From the IMG/VR virus record IMGVR_UViG_2765235998_000001, positions 24,865 through 88,864 of that record: a DNA stretch of 64,000 bases, one strand, 5' to 3'. The translations under genes were made by a program, and so were the position numbers. This stretch comes from a virus. Taxonomy: Duplodnaviria; Caudoviricetes. The notes under the pieces are model-generated. The model saw only the letters and a program-made list of their open reading frames with translations. It did not search any database and had not been told where the DNA came from. Below, one piece after another: positions 54,301 to 64,000 of the stretch. Position 1 is the stretch's first letter, and the number at the start of each line of letters is the position of its first letter.

Positions 54301-57167
54301 CCGTCATCGGCTGGATCAAGGGTTTCGTCGATGCGGTCACCGCGGCCGTGAAGTGGATCGTCGACAAGTTCAAAGCCCTGTTCGACATCCTCCTCGGGCA
54401 TTCGATCATCCCGGACATTGTGCTCGGCGCGATCTCCTGGTTCTCCCGCCTGTGGAAGCGCCTCGGTGAGATCGTCGGCGCACTCAAGGACGGCATCGTC
54501 AAACGCTTCGGGCAGGTCAAGGACACCTCCAGCAAGATCTGGAGTGGGTTCTGGGGCAACGTCACCTCGACGGCGTCCAACTCCTGGAAGGACATGCGGC
54601 GCGGCTGGGACACCTTCGCGGACTCCCTGACCGCCTCCTTCAAGCTCGTCGTCAAGGGTCTCGGGAAGATCTGGGGCGGCCTCGCCGACTACGTCAAGAC
54701 GCCCATCAAGTTCTGGATCGACACCGTCTACAACAAGGGCGTCACCAAAGTCTGGAACGCCACCGCGGGCAAAATCCCCGGCATCCCGGACCTGAAGCCC
54801 ATCGGCCTGCCCAAGGGCTTCGCCCGCGGCGGCATCAACACCGGCCGGGCCCGGGGCGGCGTCCTGCCCGGCTGGTCGACCTGGCGCGACGGAGACGACC
54901 AGCTGGTGCCGATGCGGCGCGGCGAGGGCGTCTACGTGTCCGAGGTGATGCGCGACCCCTATGAGCGCCAGCGCCTGTACGCGCTGAACGCGGCCGCGAT
55001 GCGCGGCCAGCACCCCTCCACCGTGCGCGCCCAGTACGGGTTCGCCGGCGGCGGCATCTTCGGCGACATCGGCTCCGCCATCGGCAGCGCCGGATCATCC
55101 ATTGCCAGCGGTGTGGGCGGGGTCCTGAAGAAGGGCACCGACGCCGTCCGCGGCACCCTCGGCGACCTGGCCGCCAAGGCGTTCAAGCCCATCAAGAAGG
55201 GCATCACCGGCGCCCTGGGCTCCAACGTGAACACCTACCCGGGGATGATCGGCGCCGCACCGCTGTACATGATCGACAAGGCGATCGACTACATCCGCGG
55301 CAAGGACATCCCCGACGCGTCCGGGCAGTGGATCAAACCGGTCAACGTGCCCTACGGCACCCGGTTCGGCGTGAAGGGCTCCATGTGGAGCAGCGGCCGT
55401 CACACCGGCCTGGACTTCCCCGCCCCCGTCGGCCGGAAAGTCGTCGCCGTCGACAACGGCACCGTCAAGTCCGCCACCAACGGCGGCCCCTACGGCAAGC
55501 ACGTCATGGTCAACCACGGCGGCGGCCTGCAGTCCCTGTACGCGCACATGTCGGCGATCGCCGCGAAGGTCGGCGACGGCATCCAGCAGGGCGGCCGGAT
55601 CGGCAGTGTGGGCGCGACCGGCAACGTCACCGGACCCCACCTGCACCTCGAGGCCCGCCTCAACGGCAAGTCGATCGACCCCATGCCCTACCTCACCGGC
55701 GGCGGCACGGGAGACGGCGGCTCCGGCGTGCAGCGCTGGAAGGGCGTCGTCACCCAGGCCCTGGGACAGGTCCACCAGTCCCTCGGCCTCGTCAACACCA
55801 CCCTCAGGCGGATGAACCAGGAGTCCGGCGGCAACCCCAAAGCGGTCAACCGCACCGACTCCAACTGGAAAGCCGGCCACCCGAGCGTCGGGCTGATGCA
55901 GGTCATCGAGGGGACGTTCAAGGCGTACGCCGGGAAGTACCGCAAGACCGGCCCGTTCATGTACGGCGTCAGCGTCGACCCACTCGCCAACATCTACGCC
56001 TCCATGAAGTACGCCCTGGCCAACTACGGCAGCCTCGCCGCCGCATACAACCGGCCCGGCGGCTACGCCCGCGGCGGTATCCTCGGCGGCGGCATCCGCA
56101 TCGGGCGCGGCCTGCCCCGCGGCTACGCCACCGGCGGCGTCATCAAGGTCGGCGGCAAACGCATCGACACCGGACCCCTTGCCGCATCCGTGGGCTCTGA
56201 TTTCCTCAAGCAGCTCACCGGCACCGCCGCGCAGATCGACGCCGCGATGTCGAAGGTGGCCACCGCCGTCAAGAACGCCTTCAAGGGCGTCAAGACGACC
56301 CTCGATGACCGGCTGCTGGCCAGCATCAAAAAGTCCAACGCCCACCTGGACCTGCTCGCGAAGCAGCGCGACGCCATCGCCGCGAAGATCACGCAGGCGA
56401 ACACGCTGGCTGCGGACTCCACCACCCAGGCCGGCCAGTTCGCGGCCCTCACCAGTCTCCCCAACGGCGGCAACACCTTCGATGCGGGCGGCATCCTGTC
56501 CGGGCTGAATGTGCGCCTGGGGCAGATCAAGGCGTTCGGCGCGAACCTGAAGATCCTCGGGCAGCGCGGGCTGTCCAAGACGCTCCTGCAGCAGATCATC
56601 GCCGCGGGCCCGGACGGCGGCGCCTCCTACGCGCAGGCGCTGGTGGACGCCACACCGCAGCAGATGAAGGACATCAACGCCACCCAGGCGGCCATCACAT
56701 CGGCGTCCAGCACGTACGGCAAGGACGCCGCGGACGCCATGTACGACGCCGGTTCCCAGTCCGGGAAGGGCTACCTGGCCGGTCTGAAGGCGCAGGAGAC
56801 GGCGATCACCAAAGCGATGGCTGACCTGGCAAAGAAGATTCAGAAGACTCTCAAGGTAGAGCTGAAAATCAGCAGCCCATCGCGGATCACCAGGGCACTC
56901 GGGCGCTTCACCGGTCTGGGCTTCGCCTACGGCGTCAAGGACGCTGTTCCGCAGGCCGCTGCCGCTGCAGCCCGCATGGCCGCTGTGGTGCGCGCCTCCG
57001 CCGCCGCGACGACCTCCCGCATCGAAAGCAGCACTACGTCCGCCACCTACGGCGACCGCGTCCTCAACTACCAAGCCACGGTGCGGGAGCAGGCCTCCCG
57101 GGCGTCCATCCTCGCCGCCCTCGCTCTCGAGGACTCGCTGCACCGGCCCGTCGTCGTGGGAGGCTGA
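51357..57167 (+). CDS. Tape measure protein with M23 peptidase and lytic transglycosylase domains
   Basis: 1936 aa; HTGLDF..YAHM..TGPHLH (M23); QESGGNPKAVN..GLMQ (SLT). Confidence 0.92.
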   Translation: MAEATVVGSTRVSLIPDMSQFGDRLRIELPSAIREPAKAAGDLAGDTIRTAILKKLAKPIGVKVTASLDDAAAKTSLRALTQDRTVKVVADLDDKAAKTGLDRLTVGRKVTITAEVDDTAAKSKLGALSGQHTVDILPKIQQAAYRQAEQQIARLVQDRVVNIRASVDTRVAANEIRNLIQRRVVRIGADVDTRVAAADLANLTQRRTVRINADVDTAAAATRLAALTRDRSVNVRIRTLGLGALTGSLGSLGSSGSSSSGGIASLAATVLKFTTLAATALPTIASLAQALAQMGPLAATAAPAVAALGGAFAAFKVGTMGVGDAIKAAFNPVASEATKAATATRQVENAQRSLTRAQQSLKDAQVQAADRVKQANQQVATAERDLTAAQRDARQAQQDLNAARHQAVRDLQDMNNQLKDSRLDEEGATLAVQQAEEDLARTRSDPTATQLQIQQAELAKERAVQSLDEQRLATNRLEKDTAAANKAGVEGSKTVLQAKQQVSNADQQVADRQRALVQAQADVVKAQVEGQRQIADAQQAVADAARSVADAQQKATTQVSALDTALSKLSPNARAFVGQLQAMAPAWRDMKLDVQDRLFSGVATRLGTVGAQVLPTVRRGLIGAAGELNLMGKNALTAVSNLQKTGQLKQIFDGVTTSLGNVSRIPGQMVTGFAQLSIAAQPAFDRITAGAASVVDKVMGKLAAGMKDGSLTDAINTALDVALQFGQVLGDIGGILAGVFKAASAAGGDFFGTIGAALAEIRRIIELPEVQAALTQIFKALNAVATLIAGTLGSVIQAVLPLLAVLAPIVKELAEKFGPVIAQVLGALGKALMPVIDALLPVLLNVGGILVGLVTGLMPLLQPLGNLIGAIVTALAPVVSALGAQLVPVVASLAQGLAPVIGSLVPAVQSLGQFIGQLAPLFPQILLAMMPLLPPLAQLTVSLLTLALQVITPLMPLIVMLAGLLTKSLATAIGTLVPVIVTVIGWIKGFVDAVTAAVKWIVDKFKALFDILLGHSIIPDIVLGAISWFSRLWKRLGEIVGALKDGIVKRFGQVKDTSSKIWSGFWGNVTSTASNSWKDMRRGWDTFADSLTASFKLVVKGLGKIWGGLADYVKTPIKFWIDTVYNKGVTKVWNATAGKIPGIPDLKPIGLPKGFARGGINTGRARGGVLPGWSTWRDGDDQLVPMRRGEGVYVSEVMRDPYERQRLYALNAAAMRGQHPSTVRAQYGFAGGGIFGDIGSAIGSAGSSIASGVGGVLKKGTDAVRGTLGDLAAKAFKPIKKGITGALGSNVNTYPGMIGAAPLYMIDKAIDYIRGKDIPDASGQWIKPVNVPYGTRFGVKGSMWSSGRHTGLDFPAPVGRKVVAVDNGTVKSATNGGPYGKHVMVNHGGGLQSLYAHMSAIAAKVGDGIQQGGRIGSVGATGNVTGPHLHLEARLNGKSIDPMPYLTGGGTGDGGSGVQRWKGVVTQALGQVHQSLGLVNTTLRRMNQESGGNPKAVNRTDSNWKAGHPSVGLMQVIEGTFKAYAGKYRKTGPFMYGVSVDPLANIYASMKYALANYGSLAAAYNRPGGYARGGILGGGIRIGRGLPRGYATGGVIKVGGKRIDTGPLAASVGSDFLKQLTGTAAQIDAAMSKVATAVKNAFKGVKTTLDDRLLASIKKSNAHLDLLAKQRDAIAAKITQANTLAADSTTQAGQFAALTSLPNGGNTFDAGGILSGLNVRLGQIKAFGANLKILGQRGLSKTLLQQIIAAGPDGGASYAQALVDATPQQMKDINATQAAITSASSTYGKDAADAMYDAGSQSGKGYLAGLKAQETAITKAMADLAKKIQKTLKVELKISSPSRITRALGRFTGLGFAYGVKDAVPQAAAAAARMAAVVRASAAATTSRIESSTTSATYGDRVLNYQATVREQASRASILAALALEDSLHRPVVVGG

Positions 57168-57169
57168 CC

Positions 57170-58105
57170 GTGCCCATCCTCGTCCCCGCAGCCGCGGTCC
57201 CGCCGCCGGTCGTCGTGCCGTGGCCCACCCGCGTCAACGAGATGCCGCAGGTGTGGTTCACCGACCCCGCCGGGCTGACCACGAAGTTCAACGACTGGGC
57301 CAACGGCTGGGTGTTGCAGCCCGGCGCCAAGGGCCTGGACATGCCCGGCTACGACTTCAGCCAGGACCAGAGCCCCGGCATCGACGGCTACGCGATCCGT
57401 CAGGTCCGCGCCCAGGGCAAGGAGATCGCCCTCCCGGTCGCGTTCTGGGCGGACGACTCCCGTACCGCCTACCTCGCCCGCCGGCGCGGACTAATCCGCT
57501 CCCTGAACCCCAAGCGGGGCGAGGGCACCCTGACCGTCACCCAGTCCGACGGGGCCGCCCGCACCATCGGCGCCCGCTACAGCGCAGGCCTCGAGGGCGA
57601 TGAGTCCCTGGACGCGGCCGGCGCCCGCTGGTGCATGGGCGTCCTCACCTTCGCCTGTCCCAGCCCTTTTTGGCTCGGCCCCGAGGTGACCACCGAGTGG
57701 CGGGCCGCCGTCTCCGGCACCTTCTTCCCCGTCCTCCCGCTCGTCGTCGGCAACAGCCAGGTCCTCGGCAGCGTGACGGTCGACAACGACGGCGACGACG
57801 ACGCGTTCCCCGTCTGGACCATCACCGGACCGGCCACCGCCGTCAGTCTCACCAACGTCACCACCGGCGACGTCCTCGTCCTCGCCCACACCATCACGGT
57901 CGGCGACACGATCGTCATCGACACCCGGGAACGCCAGCAGACCGCCCTGCTGAACGGGGCCACGAACCTGTGGGGCGACCTGTCCGACGCCTCCACCATG
58001 TGGGCGCTCGAGCCCGGCATCAACGACCTCACGTTGACGGTGTCCGGTTCCACCAGCAACACCCGCGTCCGCATGACCTACCAGCCCCGCTACCTGGCCG
58101 CCTGA
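57170..58105 (+). CDS. Distal tail protein (Dit)
   Basis: After TMP; GLDMP..CPSPFW..NDGDDDAFPVWTITGP. Confidence 0.82.
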   Translation: MPILVPAAAVPPPVVVPWPTRVNEMPQVWFTDPAGLTTKFNDWANGWVLQPGAKGLDMPGYDFSQDQSPGIDGYAIRQVRAQGKEIALPVAFWADDSRTAYLARRRGLIRSLNPKRGEGTLTVTQSDGAARTIGARYSAGLEGDESLDAAGARWCMGVLTFACPSPFWLGPEVTTEWRAAVSGTFFPVLPLVVGNSQVLGSVTVDNDGDDDAFPVWTITGPATAVSLTNVTTGDVLVLAHTITVGDTIVIDTRERQQTALLNGATNLWGDLSDASTMWALEPGINDLTLTVSGSTSNTRVRMTYQPRYLAA

Positions 58106-58121
58106 GAGGAGGCACACCCCT

Positions 58122-59294
58122 ATGGACGGCAGTGCACTGCGTGTGTACGTACGCGACAGCGGCCTGCACCGGCTCGGGCAGATCGCCGAGTACACGCAGC
58201 TGACCGTGATTCCCCGCTTCAATGCGGTCGGCGCCTACACCCTCGAGGTGTCCGCCGACTCCGACAAAGCCCCCCTGCTGGTGGAGGGCAATGGGCTGAT
58301 CATCCGCACCGGTTCCGGGGACACGATCATGTCCGGGCCGATCCGCACCGTCGACTGGTCCCGCTCCGCGTCCGACGGCGGCTCCGGGAAACTCACCGTC
58401 GGCGGCGTCGACGACACCGCGCTGCTCGCCCAGTACACGTGCTGGCCCAGCCCGGCCGCCGTCATCGGCTCGCAGACGGCCTCTGTGTACAAGCTGACCG
58501 CCATCGCCGCGGAGACCGGCATGCGCACCCTCGTCAACGTCAACGCCGGGCCCGGGGCGCTGGCCTCCCGCAAGAACCCCCTTCTCACCCTGTCCGCGGA
58601 CGGCGGGCGGGGCGGCACCATCACCCGGCAGGTAAACCAGTTCGACAACCTCCTGAACGTCCTCGCCGACATCGGCAACACCGCCGGCCTCGGCTTCAAG
58701 GTGGTGCAGATCGGGGCCAGTCTCCAGTTCCAGATCTACCAGCCGGCCATACAAAGCGCGGCCCGGTTCGCGTTCGCGCTGGGCAACCTCACCGACGCCT
58801 CCTACTCCACCACCCCGCCCACGTGCACGCGGGCCATCGTCGTCGCGGGCGGCGGCACCTCCCCGCGGGTGTGCAAAACCTACGACCGCACCGACCCGCT
58901 GTTCCCCGGCCTGGTCATCGAGCAGTTCGTCGACCAGACCGGCGTGGACACCGCCAGCGTCGACCTTGCCGCGCAGATGGACCAGGCCGGCGCCGAAGCC
59001 CTCACCAACGGCGCCGGACAGGGCAGCCTGTCCATCTCCCCGATCGACATCCCGCAGCTGCGCTACGGCCGCGACTACAGCGTCGGCGACACCGTGGCCG
59101 CCGACGTGCGCGGCGACTGGTACACGGACGTCGTCCGCGAGGTCACCCTCACCTCCACCGCAGCGGACGCCACCACCGTCAAAGCCACCCTCGGCGGCGA
59201 CTCCACCGGCACCTCCACCGTCGCCCGGATCTACGCCTACATCGCCCAGGTCAAGAAGGACGTCGGGCGCCTGAAGACACGAAAGGCGGCCTGA
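58122..59294 (+). CDS. Baseplate hub / Gp37-like minor tail protein
   Basis: PRFNAVGAYTL..IEQFVDQ..YGRDYSVGDTV. Confidence 0.8.
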   Translation: MDGSALRVYVRDSGLHRLGQIAEYTQLTVIPRFNAVGAYTLEVSADSDKAPLLVEGNGLIIRTGSGDTIMSGPIRTVDWSRSASDGGSGKLTVGGVDDTALLAQYTCWPSPAAVIGSQTASVYKLTAIAAETGMRTLVNVNAGPGALASRKNPLLTLSADGGRGGTITRQVNQFDNLLNVLADIGNTAGLGFKVVQIGASLQFQIYQPAIQSAARFAFALGNLTDASYSTTPPTCTRAIVVAGGGTSPRVCKTYDRTDPLFPGLVIEQFVDQTGVDTASVDLAAQMDQAGAEALTNGAGQGSLSISPIDIPQLRYGRDYSVGDTVAADVRGDWYTDVVREVTLTSTAADATTVKATLGGDSTGTSTVARIYAYIAQVKKDVGRLKTRKAA

Positions 59295-59295
59295 C

Positions 59296-60309
59296 ATGGC
59301 TGAATTCTCCGCGCCGTTCGACGGCTCGCCCATCGCAACGGAACTCCAGTGGTCCCGCAACGCCCGCCAGTGGGGCTCCGACGGCGTCCACACCAACGAC
59401 CCCGCCTCCACCGCGCTGAAGGTCGCCGGGTCGGGCACCACCACCGTCTCCGTCCAGCCTGGCATGGCCTTCGTCAACGGCTTCTACTACCACCTCGACG
59501 CGGTCAAGAACCTGAACGTGCCCGCCAATGCGGGCGGCACGGCCCGCGTCGACCTGGTGGTGCTGCGCGCAGACCAGGCCGCCAACGCCGTCAACGCCTT
59601 CTACAAGACAGGCGGCGCCACACCCCCGCCGCTCACCCAGGCCGAAGACGGCGTGTGGGAGATCCCCCTCGCCCAGTGCACGGTCGCCGCCGCCTCCACC
59701 ACGGTCACCGCGGCGAACGTTGCGGACCGCCGCTACCTCACCGGCCGCAGCGTCCTGCCGTCCATCGCCGGGGCCCGCCCGCCGAGCCTGAAGAACCAAC
59801 TGCTCGTCGAGGACGGCAGCCTGTACGTCGGCGACGGGGCGACATGGCGGTGGATCGCCTCCCAGGGCGTCAGCGACTCCACCTACACGCCCGTGTGGAC
59901 GGCCGGCGACTCCACCATCAACTGGGGCTCCGGCAGCCAGAACATCGGCCGCTACCAGGTCTCCAACAAGCGTGTCGATCTGACCATCCATCTGGTGCCC
60001 AGCGGTAACCCGCCCGCCTACGACTCGCCGATCGAGGTGTCCCTGCCGCCGGGGCTGCCCGCGACCAGCGCGGTGCGGTCGCTTTTCAAGTGGAACTACA
60101 CCTCGGACAACGGTGAAGGGTCAGCGATCGGTGTCGCGATGGTCTTCCCGACCGAATCCCTGTCCAAGATCGCGCGGCTGCGTTACTCGATGACGCAGGG
60201 CACTTCGTCCACGGTCGTCCCCAACTCGTTCTCGATGTTCACCAATCAGCCGTTCAACATCCGCACCAACGATGTCCTCACCATCGACGGCTCCTACTGG
60301 CTCGCCTGA
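59296..60309 (+). CDS. Minor tail / baseplate upper protein
   Basis: VQPGMAFVNG..RVDLVVLR..WEIPLA..VADRR. Confidence 0.78.
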   Translation: MAEFSAPFDGSPIATELQWSRNARQWGSDGVHTNDPASTALKVAGSGTTTVSVQPGMAFVNGFYYHLDAVKNLNVPANAGGTARVDLVVLRADQAANAVNAFYKTGGATPPPLTQAEDGVWEIPLAQCTVAAASTTVTAANVADRRYLTGRSVLPSIAGARPPSLKNQLLVEDGSLYVGDGATWRWIASQGVSDSTYTPVWTAGDSTINWGSGSQNIGRYQVSNKRVDLTIHLVPSGNPPAYDSPIEVSLPPGLPATSAVRSLFKWNYTSDNGEGSAIGVAMVFPTESLSKIARLRYSMTQGTSSTVVPNSFSMFTNQPFNIRTNDVLTIDGSYWLA

Positions 60310-60329
60310 GCCTGAAAGAAGGAAACACA

Positions 60330-63300
60330 ATGGCCAGGCACCCTTTCGGAGGCTCCCCCTCCGATTACGCCATGGAGAAGGTCGGCAACCAGCTCCTGCT
60401 GCGGCCCACCGCCGTCGGCACCGTCTGGGACGCCCTGACCGACGGCACCCAGCTCACCGACCTCACCGACCTGACCGGCAACCCCATCACCACCGTCACC
60501 GCCGACAGCGACGGCGCCGTCGCCTTCTTCGGCCCCGACGGAGTCACCAGCCTGTACGTCGACTTCGGATACGGGCGCCGCTACGCCATGGCCACGATCG
60601 ACACCGGCGCCGTCCTGGCCGGCTTCATGGCCCAGGGCGGCACCCCGGGCGGCTGGGCCCAGCTGGACGGCTCCGGCCACATCGACCCCACCCAGATTCC
60701 CGCCCAGCTCGACTGGCTCAACGTCCGCACCTACGGGGCGGTCGGGGACGGGACCCACGACGACACCGCCGCCATTCAGGCAGCCATCGACGCCTGCCCC
60801 GAGGGCGGCGTCGTCTACCTCCCGGCCGGCGTGTACAAGACGACCGCCACCCTGGACCTCCTCAGCGGCGTCACCCTGCAGGGAACCCACTCCAACCTGA
60901 TGATCGGGCCGGGGATGACGACGGCGGACTCCGCCTGCTACATCCAGCCCGCCACCCCCTTCACCGGCACCAGCGTCCTGAAGATCATCGGCGACGATGA
61001 CGGCACCCACCCGGCCCTGTCCTCCGAGCAGCGGCTGCACAACCTGATGCTGGACGGCTCCCAGCTCACCGGCACCTCCATCGACGGCATCTTCGCCAAG
61101 GGCAACGTGCAGAACGTCCGCATGCGGGACGTGACGATCCGGCAGATGCCCAACAACGGCATCGTCACCGCCTCCAACACCGCGGGGAAGTACCCGTTCT
61201 CCTGGCGCCTGTACCAGGTGATGATCGACGGCTGCCACGCCAACGGCTTCCTGTTCTCCCTGATGACGGACCTGACCGCGGTCGACTGCCAGGCCATCGG
61301 ATGCTGGGCGCACGGCTGGGTCCTGTCGAACCTGCCCAACTCGCATCTGACGAACTGCCGGGCCGAATGGTGCGGGAACTACGGCTACTACGTCACCGGA
61401 TCGTGGGGCACCGGCGCCGGCTCCGGGGGAGCGGTGTTCACCGGCTGCTCCACCGACCGCAACGGCTGGGACGGCGTCCGCATCGACGCCACCGGCAACG
61501 GGCCGCTGCAGTTCACCGGGCTGATGACCCGCCGCGACGGCCGCAACGGCGGCGCGGGCGGAGGGAACTACGCGGGCGTGCGGGTCGCGGCCGCGACCAT
61601 GCCGGTGCTGATGTCGAACGTCACCTGCTTCCCCGGCGTCGACGACGACGGCACCCAGACCAACAGCCCGCAGTACGGCATCTCCGTCACCGGCTCCTCC
61701 ACTCGTGTCCAGGTCGCCGACGCCTACCTGCACGCCGCGACGAAGGGCCTCAACGACGACACCACCAGCACCGTCATCCTCGGCAACAACATCACCTACG
61801 CCACCGGCCTGACCAGCGCGCCGGTGCGCACCCCGCAGGCCGGTGGCCTGGACTGGCTCAACGCCAAGGCGTACGGGGCGCGGGCCAATGGCACCACCGA
61901 CGACACCACCGCCCTGCAGGCCGCCCTGAATGCGTGCCCGTCCGGCGGCACCGTCTACCTGCCCGCGGGCACCTACGCCACCACCGCACCCCTGACGGTG
62001 CCGCCCGGCGTCACCTTGCGCGGTGCTCACGGCGACCACTTCGACAACCTCACCGGCTGGACGCAGACTGCCGCCCGCATCAAGCCGCTCGCCACGTTCT
62101 CCGGCGTCGCCGCGATCCTCATCCTCGATGCCCCGCTCGGCGGGTACGCCGCCAAGAGCTGCGAGCAGCGCCTGTACGACCTGACCCTGGACGGCACCGC
62201 GCTGCCCGGCGGGAACGCGGTCGACGGCATCCAGGCGCAGGGCACGATCCGCGGGATGGTCTTCGAACACCTGTCGATCAAGAAGTTCGGCGGGCATGGG
62301 ATCTTCTTCACCTACAACTCCGGTGCCCCCGCCGGGCTGCCGCAGTCCCCGTACTCCAACCGGCTGCGCCGCATCGTCGCCTCCGACTGCGGCGGCAACA
62401 CCTTCTCCTTCAACAACATGACTGACTCGACGCTCATGGACGTCGAATCGATCGGCTCCGCCGGGTACGGCTTCTTCCTGTCCGGCTGCGGGAACAGCAC
62501 CCTGCTCGCCTGCCGGGCCGAATGGAACCTGCGCGGCTTTCACATCGTGCCCGGCAACGCCCAGCTGTCCCTGATGGGCTGCTCCACCGACCGCAACACA
62601 CAGAACGGCATCCTCGTCACCGGCGGCAGTGCGGGCGCCACCGTCGTCATCACCAACGCCCGCCTGAACCGCGACGGCCGCAACGGGGGAAGCGGCGGCG
62701 GGAACTACGCCGGCCTCAACGTCGACACCACGCCCGCCTTCGTCAGTGCAACCGACGTGAGTGTCCTGACCGGCATCGACGACGACAGCACCGGCACCCG
62801 CAGCCCGCAGTACGGAGTGTCCGTCACCGGAAGCACCTACGTCGCCGTGCACAGCGGCATCCTCAACGGCAACACGGCCGGCTGGCGTGACGCAGGCGGC
62901 AACACCCGCCTGCAGCGCGGCCTCAACGTCCGCGAAATCGTCGGCGACCCCGCAGCCCCCACCAGCACCCTCGACGGCGGCGGCACCCTCGACGGCATCA
63001 CCGGCAGCCTGTCCGTGGTCGGCCGCGCCCTCGGCGTGCCCCGCCCCGCCGACCACGCCCTGACCGCCTGGACCCAGGACCCCGCGACGATCGGCAACGG
63101 CTCCGCGGGCGTGAGCGGCACCGTGTACCTGGCCGCCGTGTACGTCCCGAAGTACGCCACGCTGACCAAGCTCATGTGGGGCATCAACACGGCCGGCTCC
63201 GGCGCCACGGCCGGACAGAACTTCGTCGGCCTCTACAGCGCGGCCGGAACACGGCTCGCCTCCGTCGGCGTGGACGCGCGCGTGACGGGCACCGGCCCGT

Positions 63301-63545
63301 TCACGGAGACCATCAACGTGGACGTCACGCCCGGCCTGTACTGGGTGGCGTTCCTCCTGGTGGCATCGACGATGCCGCAGATCTACCGCGGCGGCACCCT
63401 GTCCGGCGGCCTGCACGGCGCGAACACCTCCGGTGCGACTGCCCGCTTCGCGACGAACGGCACCGGGCAGACCAGCCTCCCCGCGACCATCACACCCGCG
63501 TCGAACGCGTTGACCAACCTCACGTTCTGGGGAGCGGTCGGCTGA
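60330..63545 (+). CDS. Tailspike with two tandem pectate-lyase-like beta-helix domains
   Basis: NVRTYGAVGDGTHDDTAAIQAAI and NAKAYGARANGTTDDTTALQAAL. Confidence 0.85.
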   Translation: MARHPFGGSPSDYAMEKVGNQLLLRPTAVGTVWDALTDGTQLTDLTDLTGNPITTVTADSDGAVAFFGPDGVTSLYVDFGYGRRYAMATIDTGAVLAGFMAQGGTPGGWAQLDGSGHIDPTQIPAQLDWLNVRTYGAVGDGTHDDTAAIQAAIDACPEGGVVYLPAGVYKTTATLDLLSGVTLQGTHSNLMIGPGMTTADSACYIQPATPFTGTSVLKIIGDDDGTHPALSSEQRLHNLMLDGSQLTGTSIDGIFAKGNVQNVRMRDVTIRQMPNNGIVTASNTAGKYPFSWRLYQVMIDGCHANGFLFSLMTDLTAVDCQAIGCWAHGWVLSNLPNSHLTNCRAEWCGNYGYYVTGSWGTGAGSGGAVFTGCSTDRNGWDGVRIDATGNGPLQFTGLMTRRDGRNGGAGGGNYAGVRVAAATMPVLMSNVTCFPGVDDDGTQTNSPQYGISVTGSSTRVQVADAYLHAATKGLNDDTTSTVILGNNITYATGLTSAPVRTPQAGGLDWLNAKAYGARANGTTDDTTALQAALNACPSGGTVYLPAGTYATTAPLTVPPGVTLRGAHGDHFDNLTGWTQTAARIKPLATFSGVAAILILDAPLGGYAAKSCEQRLYDLTLDGTALPGGNAVDGIQAQGTIRGMVFEHLSIKKFGGHGIFFTYNSGAPAGLPQSPYSNRLRRIVASDCGGNTFSFNNMTDSTLMDVESIGSAGYGFFLSGCGNSTLLACRAEWNLRGFHIVPGNAQLSLMGCSTDRNTQNGILVTGGSAGATVVITNARLNRDGRNGGSGGGNYAGLNVDTTPAFVSATDVSVLTGIDDDSTGTRSPQYGVSVTGSTYVAVHSGILNGNTAGWRDAGGNTRLQRGLNVREIVGDPAAPTSTLDGGGTLDGITGSLSVVGRALGVPRPADHALTAWTQDPATIGNGSAGVSGTVYLAAVYVPKYATLTKLMWGINTAGSGATAGQNFVGLYSAAGTRLASVGVDARVTGTGPFTETINVDVTPGLYWVAFLLVASTMPQIYRGGTLSGGLHGANTSGATARFATNGTGQTSLPATITPASNALTNLTFWGAVG

Positions 63546-63823
63546 TGCCCCTTATCGTCGGCGCCGGCACCCCGGGTGTGATCACCACGGTGGTGTCGGC
63601 CGCACCCGGCTGGAAGGTCGACGCCTACGCACCCCGCGGCACCGACATCTCCAGCGTGCCCACGCCGTCGCACGTGGTGGCGTGGGCGCTTATCGCCACC
63701 GAACTCGCCCCGGGCGGGGCTGTGGTGGAGCCGGTGTTCGTGGCGGGGGGACGGACGTGGACACCGGATCAGTTCCGGGCCGCCTACGGAGCGGCCATCG
63801 AACTCAAGATCGCACCGCTATGA
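63545..63823 (+). CDS. Hypothetical protein
   Basis: TGATG coupling to tailspike gene. Confidence 0.6.
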   Translation: MPLIVGAGTPGVITTVVSAAPGWKVDAYAPRGTDISSVPTPSHVVAWALIATELAPGGAVVEPVFVAGGRTWTPDQFRAAYGAAIELKIAPL

Positions 63824-64000
63824 GGCGAGGGACCGACGCGGCGTGCACGTCAGACAGGAAGCACGGCCTCCACGGCGGTGCTTCCCTCGAGCCGCTCGAC
63901 CGCGGTCTTCAGGGCGTGCCCGTCGGGACGGTTCCACCAATCCCCGTGACGGACGATCGTGGCACCGGCCAGGCCGCGCAGGACATGCGGACCGGACGCG

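Larger units (their letters stand above)
1..64000. mobile_element. Streptomyces-type siphophage with conjugative tra/spd module (probable plasmid-phage); boundaries lie outside the window
   Basis: Complete head/tail module, rep-dnaB and FtsK/TraB operon; no host housekeeping genes recognised. Confidence 0.8.

Noticed and set aside
60294-63416. Long antisense and alternative-frame ORFs (e.g. 60294-63416, 34406-36826, 55095-57143, 31674-33788, 13443-14984)
   Set aside because: Shadow ORFs expected in about 70% GC DNA; they overlap genes with clear motifs and translate to low-complexity R/G/P sequence.
60330-63545. Tailspike repeat as a DGR template/variable pair
   Set aside because: Repeats are diverged in-frame protein domains, not adenine-specific variants, and no reverse transcriptase is present.

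Overview
This high-GC window looks like a Streptomyces-type temperate siphophage genome that also carries a mycelial-type conjugative transfer region, i.e. a probable plasmid-phage (inference; pZL12 is the published precedent for this combination). Layout: (1) 0.1-12.6 kb, rightward accessory/early operons (secreted Zn-protease, Holliday-junction resolvase, WhiB, DUF1643, NERD). (2) 12.9-14.6 kb, a divergent pair: a small secreted pre-propeptide with three DTTWG repeats and a TrmB/PLD-like-LuxR regulator. This is the best candidate for an undescribed peptide-signalling system. (3) 14.6-20.3 kb, a leftward accessory operon. (4) 22.5-27.1 kb, replication initiator with internal iteron-like repeats, a truncated DnaB-like helicase, and XRE-TPR and small HTH regulators. 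(5) 27.3-38 kb, a tra/spd-like operon with an FtsK/TraB ATPase and a membrane-anchored Mrr-like nuclease. (6) 40.7-45.1 kb, MuF-terS-terL-portal transcribed leftward, divergent from (7) 45.3-63.8 kb, scaffold, capsid, head-tail, tail tube, frameshifted chaperone, tape measure with M23 and SLT domains, baseplate and a duplicated beta-helix tailspike. Three near-identical terminator+promoter cassettes drive the accessory operons. No integrase, ParAB, lysis cassette, tRNA or CRISPR array was recognised in the window. All family calls come from motif recognition by eye; no database searches were run.
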